Shown here: positions 54,707 through 63,583 of the stretch, piece by piece
Layout of the letters: each line of letters begins with the position of its first letter
Position numbering within the stretch: position 1 is the stretch's first letter
Virus record (IMG/VR): IMGVR_UViG_3300036884_000676
DNA: 64,000 nucleotides
Reading direction: 5' to 3' (one strand)
Origin: a virus
Taxonomy: Duplodnaviria > Heunggongvirae > Uroviricota > Caudoviricetes
Notes under the pieces: generated by a model
What the model saw: the letters and a program-made list of their open reading frames with translations, nothing else
What the model was told of the DNA's origin: nothing
The model's database searches: none
Program-made: the position numbers and the translations under genes

Positions 54707-56019
54707 CTTTTAGTATTAGATATCTTAAAATCTTTTATTCTATTTAAATTTTCTTCGGTTGGCATAGGATCTACATTGAATTTCTTCTTAAATTCACGCC
54801 TCGATATTCCCCAACTTTCATATCCTTTCGAATCTAAATTATTAAATACGATTCCACCACTTGTATTACTTCTCCAAACATACTGAGATTCTATTCTTAT
54901 TCCATCTAATTCATAGTTGGCCTTTTTATCATCATGATCGAAGAATTGAACCGATAATGGACTATTTGCTCCGATCCAATAATCGCCATCCACAATTTCT
55001 ATATCATCTATGGTAAATTTGTAATTTACTGGAATTTCTATGATATATTCTTTTTCTTTTTTACCAGAAACATAATCTACTTCTCCAAAAAATTCTTCTG
55101 TCTTTGGTGAAGTGACTATTTTTACCTTAGTCGGATCAACTCTCAAAATAATACCCTCTTTATTTGCGAAATAAGCAGCTATATCCCTTGATTCGGTAAA
55201 AGATAAGAATTTTCCATCCGATATTTTTGACATTCCTTTCTCAACGATAAATTGAATCAAATTATCAATGAAAGTTTTGACCCAAGTAGTATGTTTATCA
55301 TCAATCCCTTTAGCTTGTTCTTGTGATACTTTTCTTAATTGTTCAATTTCTTTACCTTTTAATCCTTGGAATACCCTTATTCCCCTATATAAATTCTTTG
55401 GAAGTTTCGGTTTATCTTTTTTTATTTTATAATGGTGATAGAAGGAATATAACCAAACATATTGAACTATGTTATTAACTTTCTTAATTGATAAATTATT
55501 TGTTATCGTATAGGCTGGAATACCATCAAAATCAACCCATCTTTTCACGACATCCTTGTGGAGATCAAAATCATATTTAGTACTTTTAGGGTTTGTATTT
55601 TTAATTTTTTCAAGATCCGTAAATCTATTTAAAAATCTAAGTCCATTTGTAGAATTCACATCACCAAACACATTTCTACTTTCTAATCCACCAGAGGCAA
55701 CAATTAACATAGCTGTTTGTTGTCTGAGATCTTTAAAAATGCTAGCTCCCTCCTTTGGAATTTTTTGTCCTATCTGAGCGACAGTATGTAATAAAGATTT
55801 ACTAACTGAATCCTTCCAATTAAGAATCATATTCTCTCTGATTTGAGTATATTTATTAAAGTCCATTCCCATCAAATTAACGAGTTCTTCTTCAGTATTA
55901 AAACCAGTTTTTATGGAATTTTTTAACTTTTCCTTAAATTCTGACCAATCAGTAAATTTTATCGAATCATTGAATTGACCATATCTTTCATTCAAAAATT
56001 CTGAGAATGAATACAACAT
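54700..56019 (-). CDS. Alt-like ADP-ribosyltransferase (R-S-E clade) with CTS-like leader
   Basis: The probable start is the internal Met at 56019, giving MLYSFSEFLNE|R. The R motif is NLYRGIRV, the S-x-S/T motif is FLSFTESRDIA and the E-x-E motif is KEKEYIIEI. The upstream part of the 569-aa track ORF overlaps a plus-strand ORF and is probably spurious. Confidence 0.5.
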   Translation of the reverse strand: MLYSFSEFLNERYGQFNDSIKFTDWSEFKEKLKNSIKTGFNTEEELVNLMGMDFNKYTQIRENMILNWKDSVSKSLLHTVAQIGQKIPKEGASIFKDLRQQTAMLIVASGGLESRNVFGDVNSTNGLRFLNRFTDLEKIKNTNPKSTKYDFDLHKDVVKRWVDFDGIPAYTITNNLSIKKVNNIVQYVWLYSFYHHYKIKKDKPKLPKNLYRGIRVFQGLKGKEIEQLRKVSQEQAKGIDDKHTTWVKTFIDNLIQFIVEKGMSKISDGKFLSFTESRDIAAYFANKEGIILRVDPTKVKIVTSPKTEEFFGEVDYVSGKKEKEYIIEIPVNYKFTIDDIEIVDGDYWIGANSPLSVQFFDHDDKKANYELDGIRIESQYVWRSNTSGGIVFNNLDSKGYESWGISRREFKKKFNVDPMPTEENLNRIKDFKISNTKRW

Positions 56020-56074
56020 AAGAAAGATTTTTTCTTTATATATTAAAAATTTTTGTAACCTTTTTGAATATCTG

Positions 56075-56350
56075 ATGTCAAATGGACAAAACAAAAAAGA
56101 GATTATGAAAAAAATTATAGTATTTTTGATGTTAATGTTTATTGGAAGTATAACATTAGCTGATGGAGACAAATCAACAAAATCAGAAGTAATTATTACC
56201 ACTACTATAACAAAAGAAATCAACATTGATATATTGAAGCCAATAGTACCATTGGAAGCCACCTTTGATGAGGATTCTCTTGATTCGATTAATATATATT
56301 CTTTAAGACCAACAACCCCAAAAGAAGCAACCTTTGATGATGAAAAATAA
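56075..56350 (+). CDS. secreted small protein with PxEATFD repeats
   Basis: Signal peptide MKKIIVFLMLMFIGSITLA. Repeated PLEATFDEDS / PKEATFDDEK. Confidence 0.35.
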   Translation: MSNGQNKKEIMKKIIVFLMLMFIGSITLADGDKSTKSEVIITTTITKEINIDILKPIVPLEATFDEDSLDSINIYSLRPTTPKEATFDDEK

Positions 56351-56612
56351 AGATCTAAATGATGATTTTTTAAAAAACCTTTTTCAAAAAACACCAGAAT
56401 GTTGTCCATCTGATGATTTTGTAGAAAAGGTTATGAATGCTTGTTGTACCGTTGAAGTAAAACAAACATTCAATATTTTTGTGTGGTTAAGAGAAAAACA
56501 ATCTAAGCTGGTGATAAGTATGACTACTGGTATAATACATTCTTTCGATAATATGTTGAAAGACTATAAACTGGTCACTCAAATTCCCCAACCAATTCAG
56601 CAATCAATTTAG
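56334..56612 (+). CDS. hypothetical protein
   Basis: 92-aa ORF with CCPSDD and ACC. Confidence 0.3.
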   Translation: MMMKNKDLNDDFLKNLFQKTPECCPSDDFVEKVMNACCTVEVKQTFNIFVWLREKQSKLVISMTTGIIHSFDNMLKDYKLVTQIPQPIQQSI

Positions 56613-58050
56613 ATTCCTCACTTTTTAATTCATCCAGAACAGCCCCATCTTTTAACATGAATTTTTTATATTTCTGTCTATCGTCATAGATAAGGCTCAT
56701 AACCTGATTTACTACTCCAATTTCATTACGGAATACAGCCCCATTTAATAGAACAATGTCGGTTGGTTCAATTTCAATTTTCTTATTATTGAATATGGCA
56801 TATTTCTTATCACTCGAAATGATACCTTTATAACTATCGACAGAGATATTGAACATTATCATACAGGTTGGATACAAACTCTTAAAGTCATAACAGGGTG
56901 TCCAATGGCTCATACCTTTAACTGGTTCTTTAACATAACCACCCAAAACACCTTCAACATCCACTACATTTTCAGAACGGTCTAATCTACAAAGAACAAC
57001 ATTCTTCTCTTTTTTCAGTTTTCTTCTTAAAATTCCCTCTGTTACAGGTAAGGTACTGTATGAATCCCCAATTTTTACTCTCGAAAGAGTTGAAATACCA
57101 TATAAAATATTGATCAATTTTGTCTTTTCATGAATCTTTTGAACAAGTACGGAGTCAACCGCGTTATAATAAACGAATTTCTTATAATCTGTATTATATA
57201 AGGTTTTAAGACTTCCTTCATAATTAACTTTCTTAACTCCAAGAACATTATCAGATACGAAGTCCAGACTAATTGATTCCTTAACTCTAATGGATGTATC
57301 CCATTTTTTGAATAGTTCCATATAGTCAACAACCATTCGATGAGCTGGTAATTCACAATATGTCTTTTTTTCCATATCCCAAGGTTCTCTCAGTAATTTT
57401 GTTACTGAAGCTACACTCGGATCTATTCCAAGTTTACGAGCTCTATTAACAAGAAAAACCCAGTCATATTCGGTAAAATTCCAACCAGTTAAAACTGGCA
57501 TTCTCGGAACAAATTTCACAAAGAAATTCAATAACATTTCATATTCACTTTTGAAATGAATATATTTGAACTGATAAATAGTTCCGAATTTGGCGAAATA
57601 ATTATTTATATCTTCTTCAATGGATTTGGAAATAACTTCAGATAATTCCTGAGTCCCCATTACCAGAACTTTATCTTTATTGACAATGGAAATGGATTGT
57701 ATGGCACTTTCAGCTAAATGAGGAGCTGGTTTTTTGTCTATAATTTCATTTTCAATATCGATGAAAAATATATCAGGTTCATTATATTGAAAAATAATAT
57801 CCTGTTCTTCCTGAGGTAATTCATCTATGTAATCATAGACGGAATAACGATTTGGATTTTTGGTGGGAACTGATTTAACTGATCGCCCATCCCATGTAAC
57901 ATACTTTCCATCTCTTTGATGGTCATCGTCATCACAGGTAATATATTTGGTGGCATTGGGCCACTTATAATATCTTAATTTTACTTGTTTACTACTATCT
58001 ACATGAGATACAATAAGTGTATTATTTCTGTATTCGTAATCTACTAACAA
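56575..58050 (-). CDS. family B DNA polymerase, N-terminal (43A-like) fragment of a split T4-type gp43
   Basis: Exo I FFIDIENE (T4 gp43 ISIETVG region), exo II TGWNFTEYDWVFLVNR (T4 TGWNIEGFDVPYIMNR), exo III YNAVDSVLV (T4 YNIIDVESV), motif A CYDFKSLYPTCMIMFNIS (T4 SFDLTSLYPSIIRQVNIS). The ORF stops about 100 aa after motif A. Motifs B (KxxxNSxYG) and C (YGDTDS) are absent. Confidence 0.85.
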   Translation of the reverse strand: MLVDYEYRNNTLIVSHVDSSKQVKLRYYKWPNATKYITCDDDDHQRDGKYVTWDGRSVKSVPTKNPNRYSVYDYIDELPQEEQDIIFQYNEPDIFFIDIENEIIDKKPAPHLAESAIQSISIVNKDKVLVMGTQELSEVISKSIEEDINNYFAKFGTIYQFKYIHFKSEYEMLLNFFVKFVPRMPVLTGWNFTEYDWVFLVNRARKLGIDPSVASVTKLLREPWDMEKKTYCELPAHRMVVDYMELFKKWDTSIRVKESISLDFVSDNVLGVKKVNYEGSLKTLYNTDYKKFVYYNAVDSVLVQKIHEKTKLINILYGISTLSRVKIGDSYSTLPVTEGILRRKLKKEKNVVLCRLDRSENVVDVEGVLGGYVKEPVKGMSHWTPCYDFKSLYPTCMIMFNISVDSYKGIISSDKKYAIFNNKKIEIEPTDIVLLNGAVFRNEIGVVNQVMSLIYDDRQKYKKFMLKDGAVLDELKSEESKLIAELVGEFE

Positions 58051-58089
58051 TCATTCGGTTATTATTTTTTGGAATTTATTAATTAAAAC

Positions 58090-58497
58090 TTAGACTTTTA
58101 TATCCAAATCTTTAACCTTTTGTTTTAATAATTTTGGAAAAAGTTTCATTTGTACCCAGAAATCATTTTCAAGATCATCATATTCTTTCAAGTCATATTC
58201 GGCTTCTAATATCATATTATTAATCTTTTCATCCTTGGGTAAATCATTCAACTTTTTTAATATTATTTTAATATTATTCTTTTGTGTTTGAATTGTTGAA
58301 TATGTATTAAAAAAAGATGGAAAATCATTATTGATTTTTTTGGAATTTATAAGGTCATTCAATACTCCACATTTCTCATATTCTTCAGTTTCTATGAATA
58401 TTTTATATGAATAAATCAGATCTTGCTCGTTTAACAAAAACTTATTTTCTTTTATAAGCAATATAATATAATTCGCTATATCTAATTCTTTATCCAT
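58090..58497 (-). CDS. hypothetical protein (paralog of 58645..59109)
   Basis: Shared segment DLIYSYKIFIETEEYEKCGVLNDLI versus DLIFAYNYFLELEEYEKCSILNEFI. Confidence 0.4.
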   Translation of the reverse strand: MDKELDIANYIILLIKENKFLLNEQDLIYSYKIFIETEEYEKCGVLNDLINSKKINNDFPSFFNTYSTIQTQKNNIKIILKKLNDLPKDEKINNMILEAEYDLKEYDDLENDFWVQMKLFPKLLKQKVKDLDIKV

Positions 58498-58644
58498 TTT
58501 TATGAAGTATTACTGGTTCAAGTTCAATAAGTCTTTCTCTCAATTCGAGATTCAACTTATAATATTCTCTTAATCGTTCTTCGAGTTCTTCCCTTGTCAT
58601 TTCAGGTAAAAGAAGTTCGAATGTATCCATTTCTTCTTTCTGGT

Positions 58645-59109
58645 TCATTTTTCAGATTTTTCTATTTCGTCAATTTCTTTTTGTTTCAATATGATAAGAT
58701 TATCTATTTCTTTCAATTCATTTTTTATTTTTATCATCTCTTTTATATCTTCTTGAATAGAATGAATATTATCCCAAAAATCTTTTTCGTACTTTTGAAG
58801 ATCATTCAATATTTTTTCAATTTTCAATATAAGATTCTTTTTATCTTCGAAATCCTCTGAATTTTTTAATTCATTAAGATCTTTTAATTGTCTATTACAT
58901 ATATTTCTCTGTTCATTGATCCATGTATATTCATCAATATATGATTCCTCCTCACTATCGAATTCTTTAATCTTTATGAATTCATTCAAAATAGAGCATT
59001 TTTCATATTCCTCTAATTCGAGGAAATAATTATATGCAAAAATTAAATCCTTTTCACTTACAGTTGTAACCTTTGATAATGAAAAAATGAAATTTATTAA
59101 TTCGTTCAT
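58645..59109 (-). CDS. hypothetical protein (paralog of 58090..58497)
   Basis: See above. C-terminal coiled coil. Confidence 0.4.
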   Translation of the reverse strand: MNELINFIFSLSKVTTVSEKDLIFAYNYFLELEEYEKCSILNEFIKIKEFDSEEESYIDEYTWINEQRNICNRQLKDLNELKNSEDFEDKKNLILKIEKILNDLQKYEKDFWDNIHSIQEDIKEMIKIKNELKEIDNLIILKQKEIDEIEKSEK

Positions 59110-59483
59110 TTCAATAAACTTTTAAACAAATCCAATTTCTTTTTAGCATTTACTTCACCAGAATTAAAATCACCAGCCAATTCACTTCCGTAACTATTCC
59201 ATGCTGATACAGCGGAATCATGTTCTTTTTCATATTCTTTTTCCAATTTTGGAATTTCTATTTCTATATGAGTACGGAAATGTTTTTGTAATAATATTTT
59301 TAACTCTTTACTGAATTTCTCAGAACATCTATATTCGGTATCAATTACCTCGATATTAGTAAATTGTTTTTCCTCTAACATTTTATTTAAAATCTTATCG
59401 GATTGAATCGAATTATTTTTTGTTTGAGTGTAAAGATTGATCAGATCTTCAAATGCTGTAGTTTCTTTTGTTTCTTTTTCCAT
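59106..59483 (-). CDS. hypothetical protein
   Basis: 125-aa ORF with overlapping stop/start. Confidence 0.35.
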   Translation of the reverse strand: MEKETKETTAFEDLINLYTQTKNNSIQSDKILNKMLEEKQFTNIEVIDTEYRCSEKFSKELKILLQKHFRTHIEIEIPKLEKEYEKEHDSAVSAWNSYGSELAGDFNSGEVNAKKKLDLFKSLLK

Positions 59484-59487
59484 ATTA

Positions 59488-59730
59488 TTATTGATATATT
59501 TTTATCACCGATGATTTAAATTCTTCGATAGATTGAAATTGGACATTATGACCACCAACTCTAAAATCAAGTAAATCATCTTTGATATTAAAAGTATGAG
59601 TGAACAACATAGTTTCTTTATCGAAAACACCAGATTGTTTTTTCATATACCAAATTTTATTATTCTTAAATTGTGGTGTTTGGATTTGACATTCGATTAA
59701 TTGTTTATCTGGAATTTCTATGTTCTTCAT
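59488..59730 (-). CDS. hypothetical protein
   Basis: 80-aa ORF. Confidence 0.3.
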   Translation of the reverse strand: MKNIEIPDKQLIECQIQTPQFKNNKIWYMKKQSGVFDKETMLFTHTFNIKDDLLDFRVGGHNVQFQSIEEFKSSVIKIYQ

Positions 59731-59944
59731 ATGCTTTAATTATTTTATTGAGAATAAATGCTTCCATATCTATCATACATTTTCCATATCCATCTGGAGT
59801 TTTTTCAGTAAAATTAGAAGCGGTATCAGCTACGGCATCATGTGAGATAGACATTGTAAAATCATTTATAGTAAAATGAAACATTCCGAATTGATATGGA
59901 TCAAAAAGAATTTTATATCCACCAAATTCAATTTCTTTTTTCAT
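59705..59944 (-). CDS. hypothetical protein
   Basis: 79-aa ORF. Confidence 0.3.
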   Translation of the reverse strand: MKKEIEFGGYKILFDPYQFGMFHFTINDFTMSISHDAVADTASNFTEKTPDGYGKCMIDMEAFILNKIIKAYEEHRNSR

Positions 59945-60456
59945 TTACTTTTTTTATTTTTCGCTGTTATAAGATCATGAATAGCCTTAATAATTTTGGC
60001 ATAAAATTTATCCAAATTGTAAACTATTTCTTGTTCTGGTCTTGCTAATTTGGTTTGAATTTCGACATCGGATATTCTCTCATATTCTTCATCACAACCT
60101 ATTACTATTTTTGTCGGTTGAGATGTACCATGTTTACCAAGTTCATATAATACAATTGGATTTAGAGATCCTTTGGAGAACCAAAAAACAATAATATCAG
60201 ATTCTCTTAATCCCTTGTATTCCCATGTTATTTGTTCTACACTGGCATTGGGATCATCAATCGGGAAATTTTTTCTACGGGGGTTAAGTACTGTAACTTG
60301 ATCTAATAAATATTTATCATATTCTTTTTTTTCAGCTTTCATTTTTTCAATGAGTTCAGCCTGCCAATCTGGACAATTGGTTATACCACCAGCCAAAAAT
60401 AATTTTAATTCATTTTCTTCCTGTGGCTTATTCGGGGCTTCTATAATTTCTAACAT
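59941..60456 (-). CDS. nucleoside 2-deoxyribosyltransferase-like protein
   Basis: LKLFLAGGITNCPDWQ and IIVFWF...NPIVLYELGK resemble the Nuc_deoxyrib_tr / DUF4406 fold (LAGPI...W, E.G.A). Confidence 0.4.
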   Translation of the reverse strand: MLEIIEAPNKPQEENELKLFLAGGITNCPDWQAELIEKMKAEKKEYDKYLLDQVTVLNPRRKNFPIDDPNASVEQITWEYKGLRESDIIVFWFSKGSLNPIVLYELGKHGTSQPTKIVIGCDEEYERISDVEIQTKLARPEQEIVYNLDKFYAKIIKAIHDLITAKNKKSK

Positions 60457-60499
60457 ATTTAATATTTTTTGTTTTTATATTCGAAATATGTCGAAATGT

Positions 60500-60937
60500 T
60501 TATTTTAATATTAAATACAAAAAATTAATTATGGCTGATATGATAATAGTAACTGAACAAAGTGTCGGAATATATATTCCTATTACTTTTCTTCTTCCAT
60601 TTCCTGATAAATCATCTATGATTGTAGCTGGGTGTGATTCGTCTTTATGTAGGTCATCGATTATGAAATTCAATTTCTTCTGATTCCATCTGAGTACACC
60701 AGAGAACATAGTTGTAATTATGGCCCCAAAAATAAGTATCACTTCACCAATCCACACACTTTTAGCACCACTAAAACCAGCTATCGTAATAGAAAAAAAG
60801 ATCAAAAAGTAGTTAAATCTTTGACATAAAAGATTTTCAATGAACATTCTCTCTTGGCTCATATCCCATACTGGAGATAATTTATCTCTATCAGAAGCCT
60901 TGATTGGTTTATGTTCTCTTAGTTCATTCATCATCAT
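60500..60937 (-). CDS. membrane protein (2 TM)
   Basis: FNYFLIFFSITIAGFS and VILIFGAIITTMFSGVL helices. Confidence 0.4.
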   Translation of the reverse strand: MMMNELREHKPIKASDRDKLSPVWDMSQERMFIENLLCQRFNYFLIFFSITIAGFSGAKSVWIGEVILIFGAIITTMFSGVLRWNQKKLNFIIDDLHKDESHPATIIDDLSGNGRRKVIGIYIPTLCSVTIIISAIINFLYLILK

Positions 60938-61235
60938 CTGGATTAAAACTCACGACATCACTCGGTATTTCTTCTGTCAAATCTTTAAAATCTTCATTTT
61001 CTTGGTCGTAAGTACAACAAATAGCAATTAAATCAAAACGAAGATTCTCCAAATCTTTTTCGATATCTTGAGCTTCTATCTTAACATTTTTAGATTTATA
61101 ACTACTCAGTTCCTCCAAATAATCTTTCCTCAAAGAATTATTTAATTTTTCAACAAGACTGATATAATTAAAAAGAGCTTGTTTTCTTACATTATTAAAA
61201 TTTATATTCATTCCTACTGTTTTCTTTTCGATCAT
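60924..61235 (-). CDS. hypothetical protein
   Basis: 103-aa ORF. Confidence 0.35.
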   Translation of the reverse strand: MIEKKTVGMNINFNNVRKQALFNYISLVEKLNNSLRKDYLEELSSYKSKNVKIEAQDIEKDLENLRFDLIAICCTYDQENEDFKDLTEEIPSDVVSFNPDDDE

Positions 61236-61561
61236 ACAAACATTTTTAAAACATCAAAACCACTATCATAACGGACACCACAACGAATCAGATAAATGAT
61301 TTCATTTTCTATTCGTGTAATATTATCAGACCAATCTATCCATTTTAATTCCTGTAATTCCATTAAATATATTTCATCGTGTTCCGCCCCTCTGATAATA
61401 TCTTTATTTCTATGTTCATCCTTTAATAATAAATTAGAAATAAGTTTGAATGCACATAAATCGGGAGATTCCGAAAATTTTTCATCAAGAGGAATTCTAT
61501 CAAATTTCAGATACTCATCCTCGTGTTTTTTAAATAGTTCAATAATTTTTTCTCGTTCCAT
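61232..61561 (-). CDS. hypothetical protein
   Basis: 109-aa ORF. Confidence 0.35.
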   Translation of the reverse strand: MEREKIIELFKKHEDEYLKFDRIPLDEKFSESPDLCAFKLISNLLLKDEHRNKDIIRGAEHDEIYLMELQELKWIDWSDNITRIENEIIYLIRCGVRYDSGFDVLKMFV

Positions 61562-61562
61562 A

Positions 61563-61958
61563 TTATTTCATATTTATAGACCAACATGAAGTTTTCATAT
61601 TTAATTGTCCTGTTTTATTTTTTATTTTTAACCACACAGAATCTTTTAATCGTCTTGATTTTTTACCAATAATTAGATGAAATATATTTTTATATTTTTT
61701 CACAGTAACATCTTCCACTGTTCTTCCATCTAAATCATAGTCTTTTAACCACGAATCATTCCACCAATAATAACCCATTCCATAATAATAAAAATGACGA
61801 TAATAAGTTTTTATGGCTGTAACTTCAAGTATACCATTATCATCATTTATAGTGACATTTTCCAAGACTTCTTCATTGTAATATTTTTTATCACTTAATA
61901 GAAAACAATCTTGTCCACCATGAAAATCATATATTCCGTACTTAGTTTGTTTAATCAT
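61563..61958 (-). CDS. hypothetical protein
   Basis: 131-aa ORF. Confidence 0.35.
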   Translation of the reverse strand: MIKQTKYGIYDFHGGQDCFLLSDKKYYNEEVLENVTINDDNGILEVTAIKTYYRHFYYYGMGYYWWNDSWLKDYDLDGRTVEDVTVKKYKNIFHLIIGKKSRRLKDSVWLKIKNKTGQLNMKTSCWSINMK

Positions 61959-62341
61959 ATATTATTATTTAAAATTTCACCTAAATTTCTACTTCTTTTC
62001 TGATTCACTCTAGCTTCATCCTCAATCCAATAATCATAAAAATCACCATCGTCCAGAATGTAATTCATAATTGCTTGATGATGATAATAATCGAAATTTA
62101 TAACACTTCTTATCATTTCATCATCTGACCACGGCTGTTCCTTATCACGAATTATTCTTTTAGATACTCCAACTATTGTATCTCCGGGTGTTGTAGGGGT
62201 AACACTGAACCAACCAAATAATTCACCTTCTTGTATATCATTCTTATCCTGAGTCTTAAATAACTTACCATCCCTCACCACATATTTCCATCTGTATCCA
62301 TCAAATGGTCTATCATTCATATTTAATACCTCGACTATCAT
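61955..62341 (-). CDS. hypothetical protein
   Basis: 128-aa ORF. Confidence 0.35.
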   Translation of the reverse strand: MIVEVLNMNDRPFDGYRWKYVVRDGKLFKTQDKNDIQEGELFGWFSVTPTTPGDTIVGVSKRIIRDKEQPWSDDEMIRSVINFDYYHHQAIMNYILDDGDFYDYWIEDEARVNQKRSRNLGEILNNNI

Positions 62342-62856
62342 ACTAATTTCATTTTTAATCCCATTTTTTGCATTTTCAAAACCACTTCTGCGTTTCCCAT
62401 AGCATCATCTACTGGATGATGTGAATGTTTTGTTTCTCTCAGATGTTTCCATTGTGTATAAACATCCATTTTCATACCACAATATAAATCACCGATCCTT
62501 CTTCCACTCCATCCAAAAGGATTATCTTCTAAATACCAATGAAAATACCAATCAATCCATTTCCAATCATAGGCTAAATTATCTGACATGAAAACTGGTT
62601 TACCCACATTGGTTTTTTTAATCCATTCGAAGAATTTTATCATTGTTTCTTTTGGATCATCAAATTTCAAATGTTCTTCTCTGGAAAAACCACTTATCGC
62701 CAAGGCGTCTGGTTTCCATAATTCAGAGATTGGTTTAGTCGTTCCATAGAAAGTATCAGATAATCCAATTTTTACTTTAACTACACCAAAACATACCATT
62801 GAATACTTCGGTGGAATTGGTCCATCTGATTCAACATCTATTACATAAAAACTCAT
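62338..62856 (-). CDS. DEDDh 3'-5' exonuclease (T4 dexA-like)
   Basis: Exo I FYVIDVESDG (DxE), and the C-terminal HHPVDDAMGNA (H-x4-D) of DnaQ-like exonucleases. Confidence 0.65.
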   Translation of the reverse strand: MSFYVIDVESDGPIPPKYSMVCFGVVKVKIGLSDTFYGTTKPISELWKPDALAISGFSREEHLKFDDPKETMIKFFEWIKKTNVGKPVFMSDNLAYDWKWIDWYFHWYLEDNPFGWSGRRIGDLYCGMKMDVYTQWKHLRETKHSHHPVDDAMGNAEVVLKMQKMGLKMKLV

Positions 62857-62861
62857 AACTC

Positions 62862-63107
62862 TTAATAATTAAATGACCTAAATTGATTTAATTGAGTGTC
62901 CCAATCCATTGAAAGATTATACACTTCCATAACACTTTGCATGTCTTTTCCATTGTATTCTTCCTTTACTTTATGGACATCTTCATTCGAATGAACAAAA
63001 ACTGGATAATCATCATAATCGAAAGTATCACATACTACAATCATGTGAGTTGCTTTTTCTTTTTTCCCTCTTTTTAACCATCCTTTAATTTCTTCTTGTG
63101 TTGTCAT
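62862..63107 (-). CDS. hypothetical protein
   Basis: 81-aa ORF. Confidence 0.3.
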   Translation of the reverse strand: MTTQEEIKGWLKRGKKEKATHMIVVCDTFDYDDYPVFVHSNEDVHKVKEEYNGKDMQSVMEVYNLSMDWDTQLNQFRSFNY

Positions 63108-63580
63108 AATTCATTTTCCTTTTTTGCTATTAAATCACCTAAAATATAAATTCTATCCCCATCAGCTGGATGTTTGTCAATTATAAAGAAATACCATTCA
63201 TTCAATTTATTCTTTATATCCGCTTTTATCATAAACTCTATTGATTCTTTGGTATATTTATTCCATCTTTCTAATTCTAATTCTTTTGTTAAACCATAGA
63301 AAAAATTTATCAATTCTTTTTCTTTTTCCTTAGAATAATCCCCAATTTTAAATTTACGAGAATAAATGGGGTTTGTCATATAATATAGACCTAATGATAG
63401 TGGTGATACTTCCGTAAAATTATATTCTTTAAGTATTCTGTTTTTATTGTTCAGAAACCATTCCCAATCTTCGGCCTCTGTTTCATTTAAGAATCTTTTT
63501 TCATCTTTGGTAATGAAGTAATCAGTTATGATTGGTTTAAAAAACCAGCCTCTACTTTTCTTTTCTGTTATTTTTTTCAT
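63104..63580 (-). CDS. hypothetical protein
   Basis: 158-aa ORF. Confidence 0.35.
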   Translation of the reverse strand: MKKITEKKSRGWFFKPIITDYFITKDEKRFLNETEAEDWEWFLNNKNRILKEYNFTEVSPLSLGLYYMTNPIYSRKFKIGDYSKEKEKELINFFYGLTKELELERWNKYTKESIEFMIKADIKNKLNEWYFFIIDKHPADGDRIYILGDLIAKKENEL

Positions 63581-63583
63581 AAA

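Noticed and set aside
58594-58860. Phe/Tyr-rich 88-aa plus-strand ORF
   Set aside because: It lies entirely antisense to 58645..59109 in an AT-rich region. Its composition is typical of a spurious low-GC ORF. Similar antisense ORFs in the track were also ignored (330..650, 1598..1798, 2127..2452, 2581..2796, 13111..13588, 24167..24376, 25638..25841, 25870..26301, 32025..32423, 41538..42022, 42138..42458, 47393..47701, 48459..48644, 49952..50257, 51052..51240, 51618..51881, 53917..54147, 55556..55777, 57114..57356, 61296..61589).
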